Shown: piece by piece, positions 50,672 through 62,230 of the stretch | Layout of the letters: each line of letters begins with the position of its first letter | Numbering within the stretch: the first letter of the stretch is position 1 | Assembly: GCA_028826165.1 (NCBI GenBank) | Contig: JAPDFW010000081.1 | Location: forward strand, 806,001 to 870,000 | From: Anaeramoeba ignava BMAN | Lineage: Eukaryota; Protista; Anaeramoebae | DNA length: 64,000 nucleotides | Direction: 5' to 3' | The notes under the pieces: model-generated | The model's input: the letters and a program-made list of their open reading frames with translations, nothing else | What the model was told of the DNA's origin: nothing | Databases searched by the model: none | Made by a program: the position numbers and the translations under genes

Positions 50672-52711
50672 ATGAGTGCAACAATACCAAAAAAAAGAAT
50701 TCCACTTTTTCATCAATTTCTTGTTTGTTGTAGTAAACTTGGAGAAGATCTTTTATTAGAATTAAAACAAGGATTCTTCATTTTAAGAATGTTTGATGAT
50801 ACAAAATCTTCTTTTCTTGCAATTTATTTATTTGAACAATTTTTTGAATCTTATGAAATTGATCCAAATGAATCTTATACATATAAAATTCCAGTTAAAG
50901 TAAATATAATTTAATTTAAATAATAATTAATTAAAATTTAAATAATAATTAAAAATAAATAAAATAAAATAAAGTTATTAGTTGCTGTTTTTAAAAGTTA
51001 TCCTTCAATCGAAAAATGTGTTTTGCGATTTGAAAAAATTCCTGATGACCATTTAATTGCAGAATTTGTTTGTAAATTTGAAATTATTAGACAACATAGA
51101 ATTCCAATTGTTCAAAGTGAAATTTCACATGCAACTTATTCAAAAGATTCATGTCCAAATTGGGTTTCAATTCGCCCAAAATTAATGACAGAATGCATGT
51201 CAAAATTCCAAAACAATTTAAGAGAAATTACATTTCAATTAACAAGAGATAAATTAACAGCAAAAACTTATTATAGTGATGAAATGAAACAATTAATCAA
51301 AAAGAAAATTAAAACAGAAATTTCAATTTCATCGCAAGATTTTGATAATTATCAAATACAAAATAATCAATCAGAATATAACTTGACATTTTGTTTAAAA
51401 ACTTTCCGAGCTTTTCTTCAATTTTGTGAAAATTTAGACCATTCAATTAAAATTTATTTTGAAAGAGAAGGAAGTCCCATTTTATTTATGACAAAATCTC
51501 CTTTAGAATTTGAAATTCATTTTGTAACTGCAACTTTCAATTCAAATTCAACTCAAAGCACAAATGATAATGATAACGACAATATACAAAATACAACAAC
51601 ATCCAATTTACAAACAAATGATAGCAGATCAAGAAGCGTTCATAATTTTTCTAATTCTAATACCAATTCTAATTCAAACCAAAACATGAATTACAACAGA
51701 CCAATGCAAAAATTCAAATTTGGTCAAGACCCAAGAAATTTACCAAATGAACAACCTCATCAATTTGCTCATGCAAATATTTATAACATAAAACAACCAA
51801 ATTCTATTAAAAATCATGATTCATCAATTCGTCAATCCTTCACAAACAAAACATCCACAAAAAACTTTGCAATTCCAAATCAAAACAATTTCCAAAAAAC
51901 ATCATTTGCAAGACAAGAAATAAATCAATTTAATTCAAATTCAAATTCAAATTCAAATTCAAATTCAAGAATTCCAATGTTTAGAAATTTTGAATCAAAT
52001 TCAAATTCAAATTCAATTTCAAATGAAACTTCAAATCCAATTGTAATTGTTAAAGCAATGGAAACTGAAATTCAATATTCAGATTATAATAACAATAACA
52101 ACAATAATAACAATAATAATCATCAAATGAATTATAACAGAAATCAAATTGAAATGGAAACAAAACAAGATTCACAAAAAGTTTCAGATTTTTCTTCTAT
52201 TCATTCAAGTTTGGAATATATAAGTCCAAATGCTCCAACTCAAAAATCAACACACACTCATGTTATTCGTTCTTCTCCTTTTGAAGATGAATCAAAAAGT
52301 AGAGAACAATCAATGATGGTTTCAGACAATTCCCAAAATCAACAAAATATTCAAATGAAAGAAAATGATAGTGAATTTCTTTCAAGTAATCCTCTTGATA
52401 TTAATAAAGAACAACAATTCCATAGACAACAAGAAATGCAAAGACAAACAAAGGAAATTGAAATGATTTCTAATCAATACAAAAAGTATATTTCTTTATT
52501 TCTTATTCTTTTTTAAATTTAATTTATAATTTTATTATATTTATTATTTTATTTTAGGAACAAATCTAAAAATAATCACCAAAGTGAAGATGATTCTGAT
52601 GAAGTTGTTCCAGAAACAAGTGATTCTTCTGATGATGAAAAAAGTAATGAATCAAGTGATTCAGATCTTTCTGATAGTTTTGAAAAAATTCCTGGAACTT
52701 ATGATAATTGA
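50672..52711 (+). CDS. RAD9: Rad9 checkpoint clamp (9-1-1) subunit; introns ~50900-50974 and ~52486-52558
   Basis: CCSKLGEDLLLE, SSFLAIYLFEQFFESY, SIEKC, TEISISSQDFDNY, LTFCLKTFRAFLQFCE, IYFEREGSPI and FVTAT, followed by a long disordered tail. Confidence 0.85.
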
Positions 52712-52809
52712 AAAAAAGAAAAACAAATTTGATTTTTTGATTAAATTTAAATAAAAAGAAGGAATTTTTAATCTTTTATGCTTTTTATTAATTTCTATTC
52801 TATTTTCTT

Positions 52810-55398
52810 CTATTTTTTTTGTTTATATTTTTCATAAAGTTGATAAATTTCAGAAATTAAATTTGATTTTGGTAATTTTTGTAATTCAATCAATTGACAA
52901 AATTTTTCAAGAAAGAAAATTGAAATTTCTTTTGATATTGATATTGATATTTTGGAATTAAAGAAATTGATTATTGCTTGAAGAAAATTAATGTTTTGGA
53001 AATCAAAATCATTAAGAGAAGATTCAATTAATTCTTTTAAAGTTAGAGAATTGTCACTATAATGAATAATTGAGATAAGAAAACTTAAATATAAATCATT
53101 AGATATTTTCCCAAATCGAAAAGCATGATGAATAGTTTCTATGATAAAAGAATAGATTTTTTTTGAAAAAGGGTTTGATTTGTTTTTCGAATCAATTTGT
53201 GAATTTTCCATTTCATTTGAATTTGAGTCATTGTTCTGAATTTTGAAGCACATTGAAATTGATTTTAAAATATCTTCTGATAAATTTGTAAATTGAAAAA
53301 TAAGAGAGATGAATTTGTATTGAATTTTTTCTGGAAGTTCTCGAAAAGGTCCAAAAATTTGGAAATTCTTATTTTCCTTTTGAACAGTTGTGAAAAAAGA
53401 GGGAATAAATAAGTGCTGAATACTATCAAATAAAGCTAAATTGCCAACTGAATTCCTTGCAAAAATTAATAAAGTATCGATGATTTTCCCAGTTAATTTA
53501 ATATGATTATTTTGCAATTCCCAAATTGTTTTAGGAAGAAATTCCAACCATCGTTTTTCCAATTCATGAAATTCCTGATTTTCATTGGATTCATTTGTAT
53601 TTTTGTTTGTTTGTGTTTCTCGATTAATCAAGTCGCAAATTAATTCAATACATAATTGTTTAATTTGGAAATTTGAATCAAAATTTTCAACAAATGAAGT
53701 GAAATGTGTGAAGAATTGTTGAAGTTTTGTTTCAGTGAAAAAAAGAGAATAAGTTTGTTTTTTAGTAATGATTGTTTTTGTTTGATCTAATAACAGAAGG
53801 AGATTAATACGATCCACTCTATCAATAACAATATTATTTCCCTTATTGTTATTTTTATTGTCATTTTGATTGTTACTGTTGAATATTTCACTATTTTCCA
53901 AACTGAATAGATTGCCAAGATATGAAATAATTTGATCAGAAAAAGGTAAATATTTCTTTGATTTGAGAATATTTGGTGATTCATCAAAAATCATAAGAAG
54001 CACTTCACTTATCAAAAGGTTAATGGTTGTGAATTTCTTAGTAGTTTTGAGAGGAAGAGTCTTTGTTTCTGGATTTTTAATTGGAAAATGAGCCAAAATG
54101 AATTGTGGGAATTTTTTCTCAATTTCGTTGTTAACATAATAATAGTGATGAAATTCCAAAACTTGAAACATAAATTTGAATATTTCCAAAATGTCATTTA
54201 AAGCTTGAAGAAGAGTTGGATTTGTGTGAAAAGAAGAAGAGTCATTCGAGGAAATGTATTCGATCCACGAATCAAATAAAATATTTGTCAAATGCAGATA
54301 TTCCTCATTTGGTAAATCGAATGATGGGTTATTTTCGTCATTTTGATTTTCATCGTGATTTGGAACAGAGAACTGAGATATTAAAGAAGAGTTTGAAGGA
54401 TTTGAATGAGGTTTGAAAATGATAACTTTGTTGTTGTTTTTGTTTTCATTCCAAATATAATTTTCTGTTTTATAAGCGATATTCTTATTTGGTTGGTTTT
54501 CTTGAATCGATCTTGAAAATGATGATTGTTTGTGGATTTGCTTAACCAAGCAATTGAGATAATTATGGAGATGAGAAAGTACTGATATTCTAGTTTCAAG
54601 TGGTAATTTTCCTGATGTTTTGAGAGGAATTTCAATCATTCGGATAAAATTGAGTATGAATTTATGACTGTAATTCATTAATCCTTGTGAGAAATTGTCA
54701 ACCCAAAGTTTCAAGAATGAAAGAGAATCATCTCTAATTCCAGAATTAATGTGACTCATTGAAGCACAAATATGAATTGAGATGAGGGAGTAAAAGGGTT
54801 GAATTGCAGAAATTATGTTTGATTTTTTAATATTTTTATCATTTTTAATATCTTTATCATTTTTATCATTTTTAATATCTTTATCATTTTTAATATCTTT
54901 ATCATTTTTAATATCTTTATCATTTGATTTTTGTTTTTTTTGATTTTTGGAAAAGAATTCTTTGAATAATAGTAATAATGCTTGGCGAACACTTTTTTGT
55001 TCGTCTTTCATCAAAGGAACTACTTTGTCAATTATTTTATTCATATTTTCAAGTGTTTTATTTGGATAAAGAATAAATAACTCTCGAATTCCAATAATTG
55101 CATCTCTTCTTATTTTTTTATTATAATGACTTGTTTGTGTTAATAATCCATCAAGAGTTATTTGGCGAAATGTTTTTACTTCATTTTCATGATCTTGTAT
55201 AATTGATTGATTTGGCATTTCGATTTTTTTACTGCGAAATTTTGTGTTTGTAAATGATACACTTTTCAGTTTTTTTTTCCCTATTTTTCTTCTTCTTGTT
55301 TTGAAGTCAGCTTCTTTTTGTTTTTTTTTGTGTTTCTTTTGGTTTTTTTGGTTTTGTTGTTTTTGGTTTTGTTGTTGTTTTCTTTTTTTAGGAGGCAT
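52810..55398 (-). CDS. TEX10: TEX10/Ipi1 pre-rRNA processing (rixosome) protein
   Basis: DFKTRRRKIGKKK...TNTKFRSKKIEMPNQSI, LLTQTSHYN...RRDAIIG and ASMSHINSGIRDDSL. Single 862-aa ORF. Confidence 0.85.
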   Translation of the reverse strand: MPPKKRKQQQNQKQQNQKNQKKHKKKQKEADFKTRRRKIGKKKLKSVSFTNTKFRSKKIEMPNQSIIQDHENEVKTFRQITLDGLLTQTSHYNKKIRRDAIIGIRELFILYPNKTLENMNKIIDKVVPLMKDEQKSVRQALLLLFKEFFSKNQKKQKSNDKDIKNDKDIKNDKDIKNDKNDKDIKNDKNIKKSNIISAIQPFYSLISIHICASMSHINSGIRDDSLSFLKLWVDNFSQGLMNYSHKFILNFIRMIEIPLKTSGKLPLETRISVLSHLHNYLNCLVKQIHKQSSFSRSIQENQPNKNIAYKTENYIWNENKNNNKVIIFKPHSNPSNSSLISQFSVPNHDENQNDENNPSFDLPNEEYLHLTNILFDSWIEYISSNDSSSFHTNPTLLQALNDILEIFKFMFQVLEFHHYYYVNNEIEKKFPQFILAHFPIKNPETKTLPLKTTKKFTTINLLISEVLLMIFDESPNILKSKKYLPFSDQIISYLGNLFSLENSEIFNSNNQNDNKNNNKGNNIVIDRVDRINLLLLLDQTKTIITKKQTYSLFFTETKLQQFFTHFTSFVENFDSNFQIKQLCIELICDLINRETQTNKNTNESNENQEFHELEKRWLEFLPKTIWELQNNHIKLTGKIIDTLLIFARNSVGNLALFDSIQHLFIPSFFTTVQKENKNFQIFGPFRELPEKIQYKFISLIFQFTNLSEDILKSISMCFKIQNNDSNSNEMENSQIDSKNKSNPFSKKIYSFIIETIHHAFRFGKISNDLYLSFLISIIHYSDNSLTLKELIESSLNDFDFQNINFLQAIINFFNSKISISISKEISIFFLEKFCQLIELQKLPKSNLISEIYQLYEKYKQKK

Positions 55399-55481
55399 TT
55401 AAAATGAAAAAATGAAAAAATGAAAAAATGAAAAAATATTTTTTTTAATTTCATTTTTTTCTTTGCCTTCATAAAACAAAA
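55399..55481. promoter_or_regulatory. 83-bp putative bidirectional promoter with tandem TCATT motifs
   Basis: Four aaaatgaaaa units (TTTTCATTTT on the minus strand) before TEX10, and tttcattttt before the FG-GAP gene. Confidence 0.5.
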
Positions 55482-56765
55482 ATGAATAATTTCTTCATTT
55501 TAATTTTTTTGCTAACAATTTTCAACTTAACATTTGAATCAAAACAAATCTCAACATTCAAACCAGAACAAACAACAATCGGGGCAATGTTTGGATTCAG
55601 CGCAGCAATGAGCAACGGTTTCAGCGTAATTGGTTCACCATTCACCAACAAAACAGGAAATTCCGAAGGTTCAGTATATATATTTGAATATCAAAACAAT
55701 CAATGGAATCAAAAATATGAATTTAGCCCACAATATTCAAATCCTGAAAATTTCTTTGGTTTTTCCGTTGCAATTGATGAAGAATTTGTGGTTGTTGGTT
55801 CACCAAATTGCAACGACTCAGGAACAAGCAGTGGATCTGCATATGTCTATCAAAATACTGATTATGGCTGGGTTTTTTTCTGTGAAATTTTGCCGAATGA
55901 TTCACAAATTGGGGGTCATTTCGGTTACAGTGTAGATGTTTCAGGAGATCAAATAATTGTTGGATCTTATGGTACAAACGAATCAGGATTAAACTCTGGA
56001 TCCGCTTATATTTTTCAACAGCAAGAAATTATGTGGATTCAAAAGGCAAAATTTGTGCCGGCAGATTTAAATTCGGGGGACTATTTTGGATTTAGTGTTG
56101 GAATTTCTAATGAATATGCTATTGTTGGTGCGCCTCATCAAAGTGTTAATGGAATCGATAGCGGATCTGCTTATTTGTTTTATAACAATAGCGGTTCTTG
56201 GGTTCAGCATTCAAAGTTGTTTGCTAGTGATGGAAGTGGTTATGACAGATTTGCTTGGAGTGTGGCTATTGATAATAGTTATGCTGTTGTTGGAGCTTTT
56301 TATCATGAAAACCACGGTGCTGCGTATGTTTTTCAAAACCAGAATAACAACTGGAATCAGATCCAAATTTTGACAGCTAACGATGCTTTTGATCTTGATT
56401 ATTTTGGAAGAAGTGTCAAGATCCATAACAATTTCATTGTTGTTGGTGCTGATGGGAGAACTGATAACGGTATTACTGATAGTGGTGCAGCTTATGTTTT
56501 CCAGAATTCTAACGGAAATTGGATCCAAAGCGCAAAAGTTGTTGCTAGTGATGCTAAAGAAAATTGGTACTTTGGATATGCTGTTGATGTTAGTGATGAT
56601 CTTGTTATTGCTGGTGCTTATGGTGCTGATAATGATGGTTATCTAACTGGTCAAATGTATTGTTACTCTGATTTTGCTCTTCATAGTTCTGTTGTTTCTC
56701 CTTTTTTCCCTTCTTCTTCTTTCTTCTTTTTGTTCTCCATTTTTTTCTTTTTCTTTTTCTTTTAA
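55482..56765 (+). CDS. Secreted seven-bladed FG-GAP beta-propeller with a hydrophobic C-terminus (possible GPI signal)
   Basis: Signal peptide, seven FGxSVxI...VGAP...GSAY repeats and a Ser/Phe-rich C-terminal tail. Intronless. Confidence 0.85.
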   Translation: MNNFFILIFLLTIFNLTFESKQISTFKPEQTTIGAMFGFSAAMSNGFSVIGSPFTNKTGNSEGSVYIFEYQNNQWNQKYEFSPQYSNPENFFGFSVAIDEEFVVVGSPNCNDSGTSSGSAYVYQNTDYGWVFFCEILPNDSQIGGHFGYSVDVSGDQIIVGSYGTNESGLNSGSAYIFQQQEIMWIQKAKFVPADLNSGDYFGFSVGISNEYAIVGAPHQSVNGIDSGSAYLFYNNSGSWVQHSKLFASDGSGYDRFAWSVAIDNSYAVVGAFYHENHGAAYVFQNQNNNWNQIQILTANDAFDLDYFGRSVKIHNNFIVVGADGRTDNGITDSGAAYVFQNSNGNWIQSAKVVASDAKENWYFGYAVDVSDDLVIAGAYGADNDGYLTGQMYCYSDFALHSSVVSPFFPSSSFFFLFSIFFFFFFF

Positions 56766-57018
56766 ATCAAAAAATCAATAAAAAATAAAAAAAAAAAAAA
56801 GGAATAAAAAAAGAAAATCTTTATTAATTTTTTCAAATTTTTAATAATCTTAAATTAAATAAAATTTTTCCCTTTTTTTCTTTTATTTCTTTTCATTTTT
56901 TTCCTTCTTTTTTTTTTTCAAATCAAATTCTTTTTTTCTTTCAACAAAAAAAAAACACAAAAACACAATTAAAAATAAAACACACAAAAAGCAATTAAAA
57001 AAAATAAAACACAAAAAT

Positions 57019-60000
57019 ATGTCTGATAATGTAACCAAATATTTAAATTATTAAAAAAAATTTTTTTTTTCATTAGAAACGTTAAAATTCTCAATTCCAA
57101 AATTAATTTATAAATGGGATGATTTTAAAAAAACAATTTAATATAAAATCCAAATTAATTTATAAATATCAATATATAAATCTAAATATAAATATAAATA
57201 TAAATATAAATATAAATATGAATATAAATCCAAATTAATTTATAAATATAAATCTAAATATAAATCTAAATATAAATATAAATATAAATATAAATATAAA
57301 TATAAATATAAATATAAATATAAATATAAATATAAATACAATAAAAATAAATATAAATATAAATATAAATATAAATATAAATATAAATATAAAAATATAA
57401 ATATAAATATAAATATAAATATAAATATAAATATTTATAAAATATAAATATTTATAAAATATAAATATAAATATAAATATTAAATAAAAATATAAATAAA
57501 TATATAAAATATAAATATAAATATAAAATATAAATATAAATATTTAAAATAAAATATAAATATAAATATAAATATAAATATAAATATAAAATATAAAATA
57601 TAAATATAAATATAAATATAAATATAAATATAAAATATAAATATAAAATATAACATAAAATATAAATATAAATAAATATAAAATAAAATATAAAATATAT
57701 AAATATATAAATATAAAATAAATAAACAAATATAAAATATAAGTATAAATATAAACATAAATATAAATATAAATATAAATATAAAAATATAAATATAAAC
57801 ATAAATATAAATATAAATATAAAATATAAATATATAAATATAAATATAAATATAAATATAAACATAAATATAAATATAAATATAAATATAAATATAAAAA
57901 TATAAATATAAATATAAATATAAATATAAATATAAATATAAATATAAATAAAAACATAAAATAAAAATATAAAATATAAATATAAATATAAATATAAATA
58001 TAAAAATATAAATATAAAAATAATAAAATCTAAATATAAATATAAATATAAATCTAAATATAAATATAAATATAAATATAAATATAAATATAAATATAAA
58101 TATAAATATAAATATAAATATAAATATAACTAAATATAAATATAAATATAAATATAAATATAAATATAAATATAAATATAAATATAAATATAAATATAAA
58201 TATAAATATAAATATAAATATAAATATAAATATAAATATAAATATATAAATATAAATATAAATATAAATATAAATATAAATATAAATATAATTATAAATA
58301 TATATATAAATTTAAATATAAATATAAATATAAATCTAATTATAAATATAAATATAAATATAAATAAAAAAAAATTAAAAATTAAAAATTAAAAATTAAA
58401 AATTAAAAATTAAAAATTAAAAATTAAAAATTACAGCAAGACTCACAAAAAGAAAGTAAACAAAATCAAAGTGGAATATCAAAAATGCCCACAGATTTTA
58501 CTGAACAACATGATGATTTTGAAGATGATTATGATGGATTTGATGATGATGATGATGAATATGATGATGATGGAATAGTTGTTTTAGAAGATAATTTTGA
58601 AGAAGTAGAAACAGATTCATCTGATGATTCAGATAGCGATTATGATGACGATGATGATGACGACCATATTTTTAGTTCACAAAAAGAAATTGAATTTTCA
58701 CAAAATTCTGAATATTATTCCGATTTAAATCAAAAAGTTTTCCCTAGTTGGTCTCCAGATGAATTTATTGGCAAAAATCAACAGATTTTTTACTGAACAA
58801 CATGATGATTTTGAAGATGTTTATTGATATACCAAATCCAAGATTTGTTTGAAAGTTGGAAAGTTTTTTAGAAGATAATTTTGAAAGTAGAAACAGATTC
58901 AAAATATTAAATAAATATTAAATATTTAAAATAAATAGTTAAATAAATATTAAATAATAAATAAATATTAAATAATAAATATTAAAATAAATATTTAAAA
59001 TAAATATTAAATAATAAATATTAAATATTTAAAATAAATATTAAATATTAAATAATAAATATTAAATAATAAATATTTAAAATAAATATTAAATAATAAA
59101 TAATAAATATTAAATATTAAATAATAAATATTTAAAATAAATATTAAATAATAAATATTAAATAATAAATATTAAATAATAAATATTAAATAATAAATAT
59201 TAAATAATAAATATTAAATAATAAATATTAAATAATAAATATTTAAAATAAATATTAAATAAATATTAAATATTAAAATAAATAAATATTAAATAATATT
59301 AGTCCCTTGTAGAATTTTGATTAATTTCATCTCAAGAGTCCCAAAACAAGTTTTTCTAGATCCAAAAAATGAAAAATTAACAGATTCTATTTTTTCAAAT
59401 GAAACTAATTTACAACCAAAATTATCAATCAACGAACACTTTATCCCTTTTTCTTTTACAAGAACCTCTTCATTACTTCTTTCTGATGATGAATCAATTG
59501 AACCTGAAGAAGAAAGAGCACTCAAACGATCATCTGCAGTAATTTCACTACTTCTCTCACCTGGAAGAATTTCTAAAAATATAATTGAACAAATGACACC
59601 AACTATTTGTAATTATTTTAAATCAATTTTCACTTATTTTTTTCACTTATTTTTTTTTACTTATATTTCATTTAGTATCCCAACTATCTTATATTTTCCA
59701 TCCTCAAGCATTAGGAAGCATTATTCATTTTAGAACTCTTTTTGAATCTTTATTAACAACAATTCCTCAAAAAACGTTGGAAAGTTTAAAACAAAATTCA
59801 TTTGAAATTATGAGAATAATGTTCCATTTTACTCACATACAAGAAGTATCAGAATCAATTTGCACAATATTCTCTTTGGGAACATCTAAGAAATATAACT
59901 ATATTCAGCCAACACTTCAGTCATTTTTCAGAGAACTTTCAAATCCTCCCATGTTTTTCTTACCAAATATTTTCAAGCAAATTATTTTTCATTCAAAGGG

Positions 60001-61923
60001 TAAATTGGAACAAGTTAATTTAAATAATAATTAAAATATTCAAATAATAATTTAAATAATAATTAAAATATTTAAATAATAATTTAAATAATAATTAAAA
60101 TAATAATTCAAATAATAATTTAAATAATAATTAAAATAATAATTCAAATAATAATTTAAATAATAATTCAAATATTAATTCAAATATTTAAATAATAATT
60201 TAAATATTTATTCAAATAATAATTCAAATAATAATTTAAATAATAATTAAAATGTTAATTCAAATATTTATTCAAATAATAATTAAAATGTTAAAATAAT
60301 AATTAAAATAATTTAAATATTTATTCTTATTTTTTAGATTCTAACTCAAGGAACATTGGAGATTTTCTTTCTGTTTTAATTGACAAACTTCTATACAATT
60401 CACATGCTAATTTATTTTTTGAACACAGTTTCTCTTCAAATTCAGATTTTATTCAAGATATTATTGATGTGATTCAAAACAAAAAAAAACAATTTAGGGA
60501 TGAACAAGTTTATCAATTTTTGCGTCTAGTTCTTTTATTTCTTAAAAAAAGGTGAAAATTATTCATTTAATTTGAAATTCTGGAATTTTCCAATTTTAAA
60601 AATTTTATTATTTTTGAAATAATTAGTCAAGAAGAATTATTTGATTTTTCAAACATTTTTGCTGGTCCTCAAAAAATCGATAACAATATTGCCTTCTTAA
60701 GAAAAGATATTCTTTCACAACTTCTTTTACGTTCAAAGGATATTTGTGATTCCCTTATTAAACCAAAAATGGAAACAATTTCAAACATTCAAAATTCTTC
60801 ACTTGAAAATTCTCAATTGACATCAAATGAAAAACAACAAACACAATTTAAATACAAAAAAAAATATTACAAAAAATCAAGAAAATTACGAAAGAAAATC
60901 AGAAAAGCAATATTTAGAAAAGAAATACAAAAAAGAAAAATTTTATATTTCAATAAAAAAGAAATAGAAGAAGAAGAAAAAAAAGAAGAAGAAGAAAAGA
61001 AAAAGAAAAAGAAAAAGAAAATCAAAATTTAAATGAAAATTTAAATGAAAATGAAAAAAATATCAATATTAATATTCTTAATGATGAAAAAAAAGAAATT
61101 ATTCAATCAAATGCTCAATCTGGTTTGGAATTGAATATGGAAACTATTCAAATTGTTGAAATTATTTCACAAATTGCTGATTTTGAATTGGAACTTTATG
61201 AATTTGATCAACTTAAAGATGAGCTATTATTCTCATCATTTAATTTTGAATTATGGGATATTTTGATTAAATGGTTTTTTGATAAAAAGTAAATTTTTTA
61301 ATTATAATTAATTTAAAATTTTTTAATTATAATTAATTTAAAATTTTTTAATTTAATTGATTTAAAATTTTTTAATTATAATTGATTTAAAATTTTTTTA
61401 GAAACAACAACATTTATCATAATTTATTTTATCGAATTTTTGATGCTGCAGTCAAATTGGAAAATGAAGAAAGTCTTGAAATAATTCTTTTTAAAGCAGA
61501 TTTTGTAACAAAATTAATTACAATGTATCAAGAACAAATGAAATCGAACAAACACTGTTTAATTAGTGGATTTGTCATACTTTTTTGTAATGTTCTTCGG
61601 TTGAAATCACAAATGCTTCCAAAATATCATTATCTCCCAAAATTTTTAAATAATTTGCAAATTTGGAAAGATTTTGAAGAAACTTTAAATATTCAAACTT
61701 CAAGACAATTACCAAACACATCAAGAATGATTGCAAAACCTCATTTCTCATCAAAACTATTTGAAAACAAAGAGATTAATTATCATATTCCAGGTCATGG
61801 ACTTGGTTCTGGTTGTAAGTTGATTTTAATTAATTTTTTTATATTATAATTCATTATAATTCATTTTAATTTATTTCATTTTATTTTTTAGATGCTCAAG
61901 GATTGGGTTTTTTCGATAAATAA
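57019..61923 (+). CDS. SAPS-domain-like protein (PP6/Sit4 regulatory subunit-like), multi-exon, several apparent indels
   Basis: 12-nt first exon MSDN spliced to 58437, then an acidic tract. C-terminal WFFDK|NNNIYHNLFYRIF...ILFKADFVTKLI...ISGFVILFCNVL...WKDF resembles the SAPS domain. Stop at 61921-61923. Confidence 0.55.
57140..58430 (+). repeat. (TAAATA)n microsatellite, ending in (AAAAATT)n, filling intron 57031-58436
   Basis: Visible array between GT at 57031 and CAG ending at 58436. Confidence 0.9.
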
Positions 61924-62230
61924 GAACTTATTATCTTCTTTCTTTTATTTTTTTTCCTTTAATTCTTCATTTACTTTACTTTCCTTCTTTTCTTTAATCT
62001 TTTACTGATTTTGGTTCTTTTCTATTCTTTTTTAAGTTTTACTAAACAATAAACTTAAAATTTCATTTCATTTCATTTCATTTAAATGTTTTTTTTTTTT
62101 GATTGATTTTTTAATTTTTTCTATTTAAAAATTAAGAACGAAAAAGGAAAAAGAAAAAACCAAGAAAAAATAAAGAAAAAATAAAGTGAAAAAATTTTTC
62201 TTTTCTTTTTAATTTTTCTTTTTAAAAATT

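Noticed and set aside
49345-52711. RNF212-like and RAD9 adjacency as a functional meiosis/checkpoint cluster
   Set aside because: Two neighbouring genes in a gene-dense eukaryotic genome are not evidence of clustering without synteny data.
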